From Lepidodermella squamata (Eukaryota > Animalia > Gastrotricha): a stretch of DNA of 64,000 nt. The translations under genes were made by a program, and so were the position numbers. Below, piece after piece: positions 1 to 11,900 of this stretch (its first letter is position 1; each line of letters starts with the position of its first letter). The notes under the pieces are model-generated. The model worked only from the letters and a program-made list of their open reading frames with translations, ran no database searches and was not told the DNA's origin. Location of the stretch: assembly GCA_047495785.1 (NCBI GenBank), contig JBLDXI010000064.1, positions 868,001 to 932,000 on the forward strand. The letters are read 5' to 3'.

Positions 1-2552
1 CCTGGATTCAGAATGCGACCATCCGGAATAACATTCTCTTCGGCAGTGAATTCGAGAAGAATCGCTACGACCAAGTTATCGAGGCGTGTGCCATGAACCC
101 TGACCTTCAGATCCTGGACGATGGGGATGCGACTGAAATCGGCGAGAAGGGTATCAATTTGTCGGGTGGGCAGAAACAGCGAGTGTCGTTGGCTAGGGCT
201 GTCTACGCGGATCGGGACATCTACCTGCTAGACGACCCGCTCTCGGCCGTCGATGCCCATGTTGGCAAGCACATTTTCGACAATATCGTCGGGCCGAATG
301 GGATGCTGCGCAACAAGACTCGCGTTCTGGTCACGCACGGCCTGCAGTGGCTGCCGCGGTGCGATGAAATCATCGTCATGCAGAATGGCACCATTTCGAA
401 CATTGGCTCCTTCCGAGACTTGATAGCCACCGATGCGACATTTGCTGCGCTGATTAAAGAGCATTTGGCCGAGGCTGGTGGGGCGGAGGCACTGGCGGAG
501 GCTGAGCTGCCTCAACAGGCGCTAGAACTACTGCGACAAATCAGCAACGAAGACGCTAAGAAACAGCCATTTGAGGAGGCTAAATCTTTAACAGCCTCAG
601 CTAATCTCACGTCTTCGATCAGATCTCGGAAGGCTAGTAAAGCTGCCGAGATTAAGAAGCCGTCAATCAAAGGCCCTCCACCAACTAAATTGATCGCCGA
701 TGAGAAGCAACTGACAGGCGGGGTTAAAATCGCTGTCTATTGGTCGTTTTTCAAGGCGTTGAATCTGGTTTTCTTCGCCTGCTGGGTCGGCTTCTTCCTC
801 GGCAGCCAGGGCTTTTCGACGTTTGGCAGCATTTGGCTGACAACTTGGACTTCGGACCCGCTCCTAAACAATGCAACGCTAGCTAATACAACGGAGTACA
901 TGGATAAGTCGAACATGTACCTGGGCGTGTATGGTGCGGCTGCGGCCGGCCAGGCTTTCTGCATCCTCATGCAGTCGCTGTTTTTCGCAACTTCGTCGAC
1001 CCAGGCAGCGAGAACTATGCACCAGGCCATGTTGGTGCGCGTCATGCGATGCGCGACCGCCTTTTTCGATACAACCCCCATCGGCCGCATCCTCACACGA
1101 TTTGGGCGAGATACTGACGTTGTCGATAACTCGATTCCTCAAGTCATGCGATCTTGGATGACATCGCTGGTAAGTTGATTGCAAATTCGAAAATCAGATT
1201 TAAATCATTTTTACTTGCAGTTTCAAATCCTGATGTCGATTTTCATTGTGATCTACGGCTTTCCGTTGTTCGCAATCGCAGCCGTGGTCATGGGCGCTTT
1301 CTACTACTTTGTACAGCGGTTCTACATCCCGACAACGCGGCAGCTGAAGCGTATCGAATCCGTGACTCGAGCCCCGATCTACAACTACCTGGCCGAGACA
1401 GTCACCGGTGCGGCGACGATTCGAGCTTTCAACGCCCAGGGCCGATTTCAGGACGAATTGACGAAGCGCATCGACACGAATCAAATGAGCTACCTGCCGA
1501 GTTCGTCTTGCAACCGCTGGCTTGCGATTCGTTTGCAACTCATCGGAAATCTTACGGTTTTCGCAGTATCGATGCTTGCGATTTTCTACCGAAGCACGAC
1601 AAACAGCTCGATAGTCGGTTTGGTTCTGTCCTCGTCACTGCAAGTCACCAATTCACTGACGATGTTCGTTAGGCTATCCTCCGACTTGGAAGCGAATATC
1701 GTTTCGGTTGAGCGAGTTCAAGAGTACGCTGTCCTGCCAAGTGAAGCTGAGTGGGAAGTGCCGGAGAGGTCGCAAGGCCGAGATTGGCCTAAATCAGGAC
1801 GAATCGCCTTCGAAAAGTACGAAACCCGCTACAGGCCGGGGTTGAAGCTGGTCCTCAACGGCATTTCATGCGAGATTAAGCCCGGCGAGAAGGTGGGCAT
1901 CGTCGGCCGAACCGGGGCTGGCAAATCATCGCTTACCCTTGCGTTATTCCGGCTGATCGAGGCAGCAGGCGGGCGTATTCTGATCGATGGCGTTGATATC
2001 GCACAGTTGGGGCTGCATCAACTGCGGTCGAGATTGACGATTCTACCACAGGATCCTGTTGTGTTCTCGGGCACGATCCGCCACAACCTGGACCCGTTCG
2101 ACCGGCACAGCGATGCGACGCTGTGGGAGGCGCTCGATCACGCCGGCCTGAAAGATTTCGTCGCCGGTTGCGAGAAGGGCCTGTCGCACGAGTGTGGCGA
2201 GAACGGCGAGTCGTTGTCCGTCGGCCAGCGGCAGTTGTTGTGCCTGGCGAGGGCGTTGCTGAACAAGACGAAAGTGCTGGTGCTGGACGAGGCGACGGCG
2301 GCGGTCGACGTGGAGACGGACGAGCACATCATGAGCACGATCCGGCGCGAGTTCGCCGACTGCACGGTGCTGACGATCGCGCACCGCCTGCACACCGTCA
2401 TGGACTCGGACCGCATCCTCGTGCTGGACCAGGGCCGCGTCGTAGAGTTCGACTCACCCGCTGCCCTGCTCGCGAATGCGGACTCCGTGTTCGCCGGCAT
2501 GGCTCGATCGGCGAAGGCTCGGCCCGGTGGTGATGATGAACTTAAAGGTTAA
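1..2552 (+). CDS. ABCC1: ABC transporter subfamily C, multidrug resistance-associated protein (MRP1/ABCC1-like), 5'-partial; exons <1-1169 and 1221-2552
   Basis: Frame open from base 3 (WIQNATIRNNILFG). NBD1 signature LSGGQKQR and ABCC-type Walker B YLLDD; TMD2 motifs FFDTTPIGRILTRF, RQLKRIESVTRAPIY, NRWLAIRL; NBD2 Walker A GRTGAGKS, signature LSVGQRQ, Walker B VLDEATA, H-loop IAHRL. One 51-bp phase-0 intron 1170-1220 (GTAAGT...TTGCAG) joins the two ORFs. Subfamily is secure; exact orthology among ABCC1/2/3 is not. Confidence 0.93.
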
Positions 2553-2596
2553 TTAGACTGTACTGAACTGTGATCATTGTATGTATTTGAGATTCC

Positions 2597-2602
2597 AATA
2601 AA
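2597..2602 (+). promoter_or_regulatory. polyadenylation signal of the ABCC gene
   Basis: AATAAA 45 bp after the TAA stop, followed by T-rich sequence. Confidence 0.7.
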
Positions 2603-3014
2603 AGCAATTTTTTCATGATACTGCAAGATTGTCACTGCTTGTTCAAAGCCTAATAAGAGCTGTGGAAAGATAGAAAAATACTATGATAGAAGCCTGCTTT
2701 ATTTTGGCAACAGCATCTTGCAAAAGATCGGACGCTGTATAGACTATTTGAGTGTGTCAACATGCTGGTTTTGCTTTCATCAAGAGGTTTTGCTTTCTTG
2801 TTTGCGCGACTGCAGTTTTTCACTTGTCTAGAGCTGTAGGAGAAGTACGGTCAAAGCTAGACAACTGACAAGTAAAAACGGGCTACTATTTCTTAAATCA
2901 GCCCATAACCCATCTAAATAAACCCATGTCGAGTAACCTTTAAGTAATTAAGCCTTTTTCCAATTATGCACCTTGTTATAAGCTTCCTTAGAAATTTCGT
3001 TGTTCTGGTATCAT

Positions 3015-3105
3015 GGAATCGCCGAAACAGTTTTTTCAAAAACTGAATCCTGTATATGACGTATAAACAGGATTCAGTTTTGGAAACAACTTTTTCGGTG
3101 ATTCC
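3015..3105. repeat. 91-nt inverted repeat/hairpin (pre-miRNA-like or small fold-back element)
   Basis: Left arm GGAATCGCCGAAACAGTTTTTTCAAAAACTGAATCCTGTATAT pairs with right arm ATAAACAGGATTCAGTTTTGGAAACAACTTTTTCGGTGATTCC; ~43-bp stem with 5 non-Watson-Crick positions (one G-U) and a ~5-nt loop. Confidence 0.8.
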
Positions 3106-3500
3106 CGCAATTGTCAAAGAAACTAAGAGCTAAGCACATTTTGTGGAGATCAGGGATCGACATTTTAGGCCAAGCTCGGCGGATTGAAAACACATTGAAA
3201 ATCCTATATTCGACTCAATTTACCTCGCGGGATTTCAGAACGTTGATATGTTTCCAGCTATGTATTTGAGCTATGTATTAGATTAAAAAAATCTATCACT
3301 GATCAAAAATCAACACGGCTTCGCAACACGGTTAAGTTGAGCTGTTGCTCGTCTAAATGGAATAACTTTTCAAACAAACGGGGAATTTAAGGCATGAAAG
3401 GTCTCACTGGAATTACTTCTTGGCATTTTCAAGTAAAACCAAAGATATAGAGGCGATACAGGTATATTCAGCTTTAGATGCGAATCATGCGAGATAAGGT

Positions 3501-3506
3501 TTTATT
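3501..3506 (-). promoter_or_regulatory. polyadenylation signal of the minus-strand Cys-rich gene
   Basis: AATAAA on the minus strand ~87 bp after the predicted TAA (3595-3593). Confidence 0.55.
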
Positions 3507-3592
3507 AGCAGATATATCATTTACCACGGGTCATTCATTTGGCGTTTTGCAATAATAATATTGCCCGGCGTTGAATTTGCTGAACTTGAGAG

Positions 3593-4519
3593 TTAGCCTC
3601 TGCCAGCCGCGGCCGCGCAGTTTTTCTCGTTGTTGTTCTTGCTGTTAAGGAAAAACAATCAACCTTTTAAGATCTCTTGATTGCTATTAGCTGCAGTTAC
3701 TCACGTCATGCATGCTTGCTGGTTTTCGCAAGTGCTGTTGCGGGATCAATCAATCCATCAATCAGTAAATCATTAAATGAGGGTGCGATGGAAGCTTACT
3801 CGTAAAAGTTGCACTTTTCGCCGAGGCACGCAAAGCACCTGGCGCTGCGCATAAAGTCGAATGCACCTCCTCCGTTGGACGATGACGCGCCCATGCAGAT
3901 GGTTTTGGCGTTCGCCTCGACGGTTAGGCACCTCTCCGGCAGCTTGCAAACCTGCATAATGTGAAGATTCAAAATTCAAAACTCGGCCTCACGTAAGAAA
4001 ACGGTCTCATGAAGACGTCAAGAAAGTGAAAAATGAAAGAAATGAATAGCACACCGTAGGCTGCTGTGTGACGTAAGTGATCATCAGCTGGCATGCAGTT
4101 TCGTTGGTTTTGTACGTTGTCCTATAATTTCGTAAACAAATCACTTGTGAAAAATTGATTGATTCTGCGACCTTTCGACTCACTTGATAGCTTCGGGCGT
4201 ATCCTTCCACAAGCAACTGCGGGTTTCAAAACAAAACGTTGTTGATACTTGTTCTCGTTTTTTTGTAGCAATTTCTCACCGGTGGCAGTTATTGAACGTT
4301 TCATTCTTTGCGCGCTCAGCCCACGATCCAGCGGGGGTCGGGCATTTCGTCCTGAAATCGATAGATTCGAATATGGTGAAAAGTAGCGATGAGAACTCAC
4401 TCGATGACGGGCTTGAGGCGGGCTGTGCAAATGTCATTCGTAGATGGGCGATTCGGCCAGTCAGCCGATGCGACGGCAACGAGCAGGCACATCAAGGCAG
4501 CAGAAACTCCGGTGATCAT
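3593..4519 (-). CDS. small secreted cysteine-rich protein, 173 aa, 7 exons: 4519-4401, 4351-4280, 4216-4184, 4121-4055, 3951-3800, 3734-3705, 3641-3593
   Basis: Six GT-AG introns (49, 63, 62, 103, 65, 63 bp) with compatible phases give MITGVSAALMCLLVAVASA-DWPNRPSTNDICTARLKPVIETKCPTPAGSWAERAKNETFNNCHRCLWKDTPEAIKTTYKTNETACQLMITYVTQQPTVCKLPERCLTVEANAKTICMGASSSNGGGAFDFMRSARCFACLGEKCNFYDTCENQQACMTKNNNEKNCAAAAGRG*. Clear signal peptide, 14 Cys in the mature part, upstream TATA box and downstream AATAAA. The last two exons are least certain. Confidence 0.8.
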
Positions 4520-4587
4520 TTTTTTAAACAATATCAAACTTGATGTAAGATTTCGATGATGTGAACAAGCTGCAGTACGCGCCTGTA

Positions 4588-4593
4588 TTTATA
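4588..4593 (-). promoter_or_regulatory. TATA box of the minus-strand Cys-rich gene
   Basis: CTATAAATAC on the minus strand, ~70 bp upstream of the ATG at 4519. Confidence 0.5.
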
Positions 4594-5675
4594 GCCTGCC
4601 TGTGTCGACATGTCTCAGCAACTGGGTCGCTGTTTTTTTCCCTGCTGCTGCTTGCATCCCTGCCCTGGTTGCTGCTCGAACGCAGCGATGGCGGCGGTGT
4701 GTGAAGCCACACCACGCATGCCGAAATTTCTCGGCAAACACAAAAGAAGAACAAACTTATTGCATGAACAGGTCGCCGTCGTCGTCTTTGTTTTTTTCTA
4801 AAACACATCATCCCGATGCTCACAAGGCCTGCGTCAAATCCATCAGCTGTATCAAATATTAAAATAATAGCAGTAGCAGCAGCATCAGCGGCAAAAAAAC
4901 AAATAGTCGTGCTCGAGTGACAACTGGGAGAAACTGGTTCTTGGTAACAATGAAGACGCGCGTGCAACTACATGGGGTGACGTGGAACTTCATCAATTGA
5001 TCATCAATTCTCTGATCGGCCTTCGCGTGTTTCGTCAACGACTATCATCCTGCGTCATTCTGTGAAGCAAACGCACGAATGTACTTCCAACCGTGCGAAA
5101 ATCAATATATGTTCCGTGTTCCAAGGTTGGAGGTTGGGCTAAGATTTGTTTTTCCCGAAAAATCTGGCTCAACCACAATGGCTAATTTCTCATCCTCGAA
5201 GCCAAGAAAGCATTATAAATGGAAATAGTCCCACTCTCGCTGGAGTTCTTTTTGATTTACTGCAGCGTGCTTACACTCCTGAAAGGATGAGAGCTTTCAC
5301 TCAAATCGCGTAGGAACATTTTTCTAACGAAAACATTGCACTATCGGAAAATTGCCATGCCGGCATATTATTTTTATTTTTCAATTCTAGGCAACGAACT
5401 GGCTGGCTATCCGATGCTGCCTGCTGTCTGAAAGCTAACTTGACCGAAATTGATTAAAAATGAGTAAATAAGTATCAGTGATGCAAAGTGTCCTGGAAAA
5501 CAAGATTATTGCCCCTGTATGCTAATTTATCATCGATTTTTTGCCCTACATTCTTGCAAGGCTGCTTGTAGCTAAACTTAAGGACGGCGCCCATTTTTTA
5601 TTACAGCTGACGGCAGCAATATTCAAAATAAAGTGAATCATTTTTTCTCATTAGAATATTCTCGTGTATAGAAAC

Positions 5676-5854
5676 TTACTACATACATGCGAAGTGCTGG
5701 CATGGGTGCGTAGTATTGGCTATGTGTAGTAAAAGCACACACATACACACATACACATATGTGCCAATACTACAACTACGATATATGGAATGTGCGCAGA
5801 TAAGGCTAATACACACACACACATATTACGCATGCGTACGCACACATGTGTAGT
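5676..5854. repeat. CA/TG-rich low-complexity patch with nested inverted repeats (possible degenerate MITE)
   Basis: GTAGTATTGGC (5710-5720) / GCCAATACTAC (5763-5773) perfect 11-bp IR; TTACTACA (5676) / TGTAGTAA (5725-5732); ACTACA.../...TGTAGT at the outer ends; (CA)n/(CATA)n runs. Confidence 0.4.
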
Positions 5855-6121
5855 GCGATATACGATATCGCAGCGAGTCTGCTTTTACGAGGCCATAATG
5901 CATGCCGCCGTATCGAGAGCAGTCGCAGTCGCAGCTGCTTATCAATAGGCGAGTCTTCTTAAAACAGAGCAAACTCTATTCAGTTGAAGCGATTTCAATA
6001 AAACAGTAACAAGGTTACGCCATCACAATCATCAGCCTGCTTTAGCCGGACATCACATCGCATAAATAGCGGGTGAAATACACTTCTCGCAAGATCATAT
6101 TCAATCACTACTACTAGAAAA

Positions 6122-7591
6122 ATGCCACTCTTTAACGATACAGACAGCATACCCATATATTTGGGCATCACAGCCGGTGTGACAGTCGTCATGCAACTGT
6201 CGTTCTTCGCCGTTGCTTACTGCTTCAAATTCGACAAGGTGAATACTTAAAACTTTGATGATGATTAACCTTGACTCATTGATCTCTTAGGTAACTGACC
6301 TTGCTGGCTCGCTCAACTTCCTCGTGCTCGCCATTCTCGTTCTGCTGATGCAGCGCACGTTCCACGTGCGGCAGATCGTCATGACGTGCCTCGTCGCCGT
6401 GTGGGCCCTCCGCCTCGGCGGCTTCCTGCTCAACCGCGTGCTGCGCCGCCAGAAGGACGCGCGCTTCGACGAGATTCGCGAACACTTCGGCAAGTTCCTT
6501 GCTTTCTGGATCGGCCAGATGGTGTGGGTGTGGATTGTCTCGCTGCCTATGAGCATGACCAACGCCGCGACCATCGATGCCGAACTGTCGCCGTTCGACT
6601 ACGTCGGCTGGTCATTATGGACCATCGGATTTCTCATCGAAACCATCGCAGATCAGCAAAAGTATGAACAGGTGAGCATTCACGTCGATTTACGTTTTTC
6701 CGACGAGTTATCGTAAAATTTCCTCTTAATGGGACTAATAAGAAGGACATTTCTGAGCTTGAAATTTCTTCGGGAAAATGTAGCTTGAAAACCTTTAGTT
6801 TAGCAGCTAATTTTGAAGAAAATGGGACAGCTGGATCGGTTTTAAATTTCATGAGAGGTCTCGACACATTTTCCTCTAGAAAAGAGATTGCTGTTACCGG
6901 AAACGGAGTTTGCCGTGGGAATTCATAGGAAACTAGGTTAAGAGTTAAGATTCTCGAGCCTCTCTAGTTAAATTTCCAAAGCCTCTCTAATACTCTGAAT
7001 TTCTGTAGCTAATAACTAATTTTATTTCTCGATATCCAGGTGAAAAAGCGCGAGGAAGCTGTAGCAGCTGCTGAAGCGGTGCAACCGACCGGGCAGTCGA
7101 GACCAGCCGGGCAACAGCGTCGTGGATTCGAGGCGCCTGGCGGTGTGTGGCTTGCCTCTCGCCATCCAAACTACTTTGGCGAGATCCTGGTGTGGATCGG
7201 CATATTCCTCGGCTCGTGCCCGGTGTACCCGACGAACAACTTCCCAGCCGGCTACATCTCGGTGCTCTCGCCCGTGTTCACGTTCGTGCTGCTCATGTTC
7301 TTGTCGGGCATGCCGGCGGCGGAGGCGGGCTCGAACAAGCGGTACGCAGACGACGATGCGTACCTGGCGTACCGGGCGCGGACGAGCCCGCTCGTGCCGC
7401 TGCCGACGTGCTGCTACGGCGCCATGCCGCGCGTCATCAAGGCCGTTTTCTGCTTCGAGTACCCGCTCTACCGCAAAAACCTCGGCAGTCGGTCGCAGCT
7501 GCTCGAGGACGGCAACCGCTCGCCCTCGCTCGACAGCGCCGACCTAGCAAAGAAGCAGCAGCAACAGCAACCTCCGGCGATCAAGCAGTAG
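6122..7591 (+). CDS. DUF1295-family integral membrane protein (steroid 5-alpha-reductase/ICMT-like superfamily), 349 aa; exons 6122-6238, 6291-6671, 7040-7591
   Basis: Spliced product MPLFNDTDSIPIYLGITAGVTVVMQLSFFAVAYCFKFDK|VTDLAGSLNF...WALRLGGFLLNRV...KDARFDEIR...FWIGQMVWVWIVSLP...ETIADQQKYEQ|VKK...WLASRHPNYFGEILVW...LSGMP. FDKVTD, D-x-RF, ADxQK and SRHPNYFGE are the characteristic DUF1295 motifs. Phase-0 GT-AG introns 6239-6290 and 6672-7039. Confidence 0.92.
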
Positions 7592-7714
7592 CCAGCCGTC
7601 AATGTTGATACTCGATACGATACTATTCAGCTCTATTCTACGAACTCTGTCCATGCCTATTTATAACAGTCATTTTTTCTTTTTATATCACAACTGCTTT
7701 TGACGCGCGATCAA

Positions 7715-7720
7715 AATAAA
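7715..7720 (+). promoter_or_regulatory. polyadenylation signal of the DUF1295 gene
   Basis: AATAAA ~124 bp after the TAG stop. Confidence 0.65.
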
Positions 7721-8903
7721 AGCAAATTTTTGAATGAGTCGCCCTACTAAATCGAGCGTTTCAAGTCGTCAACTTCACTGAACTAGAGAGACGTGCTGCA
7801 ACTGGAGTTGAGATTTACAGACTTTAATCGAGTAATTTCAATCCTCAGGTTTGAAGGAACAGAATGGTCCTGAAAAAAGTGGTACCTAGAGTTCTAGTTT
7901 GTATTGAATGGTATCAGTGGTAAAGTTGAAATATGCGGCTGTTGTTATACGATAACGTATCATGGTTGATAGCCATTTGTAGCGCAAATGGAGGTCGAAA
8001 TAGATGCCCGTAGGTGAAAGTCGCATCGAAAATCGGATTAAGCAATTCTAATCTGCAATGACGCTATGCGGCAGATAAATGCTGTCAAACTCGGTAAACT
8101 ACCCCATTTCACTTGATAAGGGGTCCTGCTATCACTGTAGGGAGACACACGAAACTACCAAAATGTATTCAAGTGAAAAAGGGGCACAAAGCGATGTACA
8201 ATGAATCGCCACACTGTGCAAAGCGTTGCACTAGACCTGAGGGGCTTAGCCTTCCCAATGACCATTAGCCAACACCCCAAAAATGCTTCGACTCCGATTG
8301 ATCAAGCTAACTCGACAAAATTCGCCGATAGTTTAGATTGCTGGCTGGCGTTCCACTTGCCACGGTGTGGCCACAGTGAATAAGCGCGGAACAAAGTCTT
8401 GCTGATTTTGATGCACGGCTGTGAAAGCGGGAAGTGGGAAAAGAGAAGCGGTGTTTATGTGCTGAGAATGCGGCGTGCGCGTGACGAAGCAGGTCATGGA
8501 GTTCTCATGAAGAACTCATGAAGTTGACGACGACGCGCGGTTTGGCTCTCTGTGTGAATCTGATGTAATAAGAATAACTATTAACTAGTAATACACTAAT
8601 CGAATAACAAAGTTAGTTGAGTTGCCGCGTGTGTTTTGTTAGTTGTTAACTTTCTGCGGCATGTTCGCGCGTGGGCCGGCCGGTTCCACGGCAGCTATTC
8701 ATGCTCGCCTCGGCCTCTACTATAACCATGCGCGCATTGTTCTCGCTTGTACGCTCTCACGCCCTTCAACACTAAGTGACGATGCAAATACTCTGATGAA
8801 ATACAGATGATTAACGTGTGATGCCAATTTAAGACATCGTTTCACATAAAATAAACAATAAGAATATCCTATTTTTACTACGAATCAGATTGTTATAAAA
8901 ACT

Positions 8904-11900
8904 ATGACGAATAGATCGATGGCTCTGCGGTTTGTGAGCTCAACTCTAGCAGTCCTCGTCGTAGCGGTGATGCCTATCGCTCGGGTCAACGCCTGTGGCT
9001 CAACGCTGACACTTGTAAGTTCCTTGAAATTACTCCGCTGGCCCCCTTTTTAATTAATGTTCGATGGATTTTTTGCGTCATAGACAACACCATCGTGGGC
9101 GACTACGACTGAAATTCCGAAATACGTGCGTTGCGTTACCACCGGCTCAGCGACATGCCGCCTCGGTTCCTGCAGCTCCGGCGAGACACAGGTTAGTCCT
9201 GTTTATAAAACGTCCAGCCTGATCACGCCAAAAATCCAGGCTTTTCGCACTGATTTGACTTAGTTTTCGCCAAATTTTCAAAATCACGATGCGACAATGG
9301 CGATTTTATGAAGCTCAGCAGCTTTACAACAATTATTTTCGTGTAGCTTATATTACGGCAATATATGCGACGAATTTACGCAAAACAGTTAGCATTCTCG
9401 CAAAAGAGATGATTCACCCCATTCGATTTTATTCAAAGTTGGTCCTTTTCCTTACTCTTAGTACCCGGCAGTGGGCTATGCGACGCAGGCGCTTTGCCAA
9501 GCCGTCGTCGCGTACAAGATCTGCTACGACTACTCGACGGACACGACGGGCCGCGGGTCGTGCGTCGCCGACACGACGGCATGTTCCGGTACCACCAAGT
9601 ACGAGTACTCGGCCCGCTTCACCGATGCGGCGTGCACCGGCTACGTAGGTAAGTATTAGACTTTCCATTCGACACTCCTATGACTTACCTACTATCAATA
9701 CTGACAGTTGCCGCGTGGATGCGATGTGTCACGACCTCGGGCACAGCCGCGCGTACGTGCCGCCCGTACGCGTACGGCTGCGCGTCGACGGAGCGGCAGT
9801 CGCCGAACGCGACGCAGGCTCGCGCCAACCTCGCCACCTTCGTCGTCTCGTCCACCGACTCCACCGACTGCCTCGCCATGACGGTAACAGCAGATTCACC
9901 TGCTTTCCTTTAATTGAAGCAATAGTTCCATCCAATACCATTCGTGATACATATTTATGCCAATATTTTCTTAATATGACTTCACCTCACATACATCCCT
10001 CTCGGACTTTCTGACGGGATACGCAGTATATATGAGCAGTACTACAAATGCTTTTGAATTACTGAAAACAGCCGACGGTGAAGTGTTACGATACTTCGGT
10101 GACGCCTGCCGACCAAACGACCGGCATGTCATGCGCGAACGACTACACCGGCTGCGGAACAGGCCGCCAAGTCGCTTCGCAGTACCTGTTCCCATCAACA
10201 GCAGCATGCACTGCTTACTTGATCGTAAGCTGGTTATTTTTACATATCAATCCGATTGTTCATTTGCTTCTTGGTGTTCAGCCGCAATGGATGCGCTGCG
10301 TGAACGGGGGAACGACGAAATGCGTGCCTTACGACGCCATCAACCTGGCAACGTGCCCGTCCGGAACCCAGACGCCCGCTTCTACGTATTTCATGAGCTA
10401 CGACACGTGTACCGCCTACGTCACGGTAAGAACACCTATCTATTGTGCCTTGATGTTTCAATTTGGAGCTGGCCTAAGCAGAAAGGTAGAGATCATTCGC
10501 CTAGTAAAATGAGATAATAGTCATTCAAGCTCTAGAAAATGGTAAATGGATTCATTTTGAGACATCCCATTCGTTGAATGGATGGGCGGAAGCCATGGGT
10601 CTCGAATGAGCGCTCTTAGGGTCGCTTGTTGGGGTGTCTTCAGTCAGACAGCTAGGTAGCGATTAGCGCAGTCTCACTGACACTCCTAATCTACCATTTT
10701 TCACTTTTGTAACACGATTGACGACTACGTAAATGCTAGACTAGGCCTGCTCTGAACTTGAGATACTGTCTCTAACTACCCTATGATTGTTGTTGTGATG
10801 ATTGCAGCCTTACATCAAGTGCTGGAACCCGTCGACCAACGCCGACGTAACGACGTGCCCGGACATGGTGACCGGGTGCACGGCGCCGGCGATCCGCATC
10901 GGCTCGACGTTCACGTTCCCGACACAGGCGACGTGCCAGAGCAACTACGTCCACGTAAGACACCACAGCCTCATGACTATTTTGTTTTATTCTGCTCGGT
11001 TAATATTTACTAACAGAACGATTGGCTGCGCTGCCGACCGGCATCTGGCACTGACAACTGTCGCCCGTACGACCTGTCGACGTATCCAACTTGTGCCACA
11101 GGAGAGACACAGGTTCTTTGATTTTTACAAAGCTTGAGCATTTTACGTCACTAATTGGGTTTTGGGATCTATTAGGTGCCGGATACGTCTACACGTTACC
11201 AGTCGCAGGCCGCATGTACGAATGCTGTCATTGTAAGTCAGCTAATGATTTTCATAGCTAAGCCGATAACCTCAACCTCCAGACCGAGTACGTGCTGTGC
11301 ATGTCAACTAGCACTTACGTTGTTTCGTGCCTATCGACGTCGAGCAGTTCTTGCGCCGATGGAACCGTGCGTTTGTACTAACAACCGTGGAATCACATTG
11401 CCAGTGTTATGTTTTATGACAGAAACTGACCCCGGCTGACGGCTCCAAGTTCTATTCTCTTTCGGCGTGCAATTCATGGAGCGGACTCGTAAGTGCCTCG
11501 CCTGTCTAATTCTCATGGCTACATCTGATTTTTTCGCGAAATCTACAGCAATACGTGCGGTGTCTGCTGGCGAGCAACCCACGGCGCTGCATCCCATCGA
11601 TATACACGTCAGGCGGCAACACCGGCTGCACGGCACTCGGCGCGTCTTACACCCAGGTTCGTATTACATAGACGCTTCCCCTGAGCAATATCTTGAACTC
11701 GAGTTGATGCTATTTCAGTCTCCTGCAAGCACAACTTTCTCGACGTTAGCAGCGTGCCTGCTCGACGAACGACAGGTTTGCATTAAAAACACCGTGCAAC
11801 CCATGTTGAATTATTGCGCCCTGTTATCATAAAAGGTTACATGCTACTCGTTCGACTACAACTCGTTCCAGTGCCAGACGGACGTTATCGGCTGCTCGCA

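Noticed and set aside
221-2533. Alternative-frame and antisense ORFs over the ABCC gene (likewise over DUF1295 and the repeat gene)
   Set aside because: Shadow ORFs caused by GC-rich codon usage of the real CDS.
3800-3830. Three-finger/Ly6-uPAR assignment for the minus-strand gene from CFACLGEKCN
   Set aside because: The full spliced protein shows a duplicated CxxC unit and further Cys after CN, with no GPI tail, which does not fit the LU pattern.
4524-4993. ORFs 4524-4967(-), 4602-4862(+), 4610-4801(+) and a 44-aa minus-strand ORF
   Set aside because: Low-complexity, no motifs, no coherent splice structure; they overlap the promoter region of the minus-strand gene.
8212-8378. CACTGTG...CACAGTG possible MITE termini
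   Set aside because: Only 7 bp of IR, no TA or other TSD, no second copy in the window.
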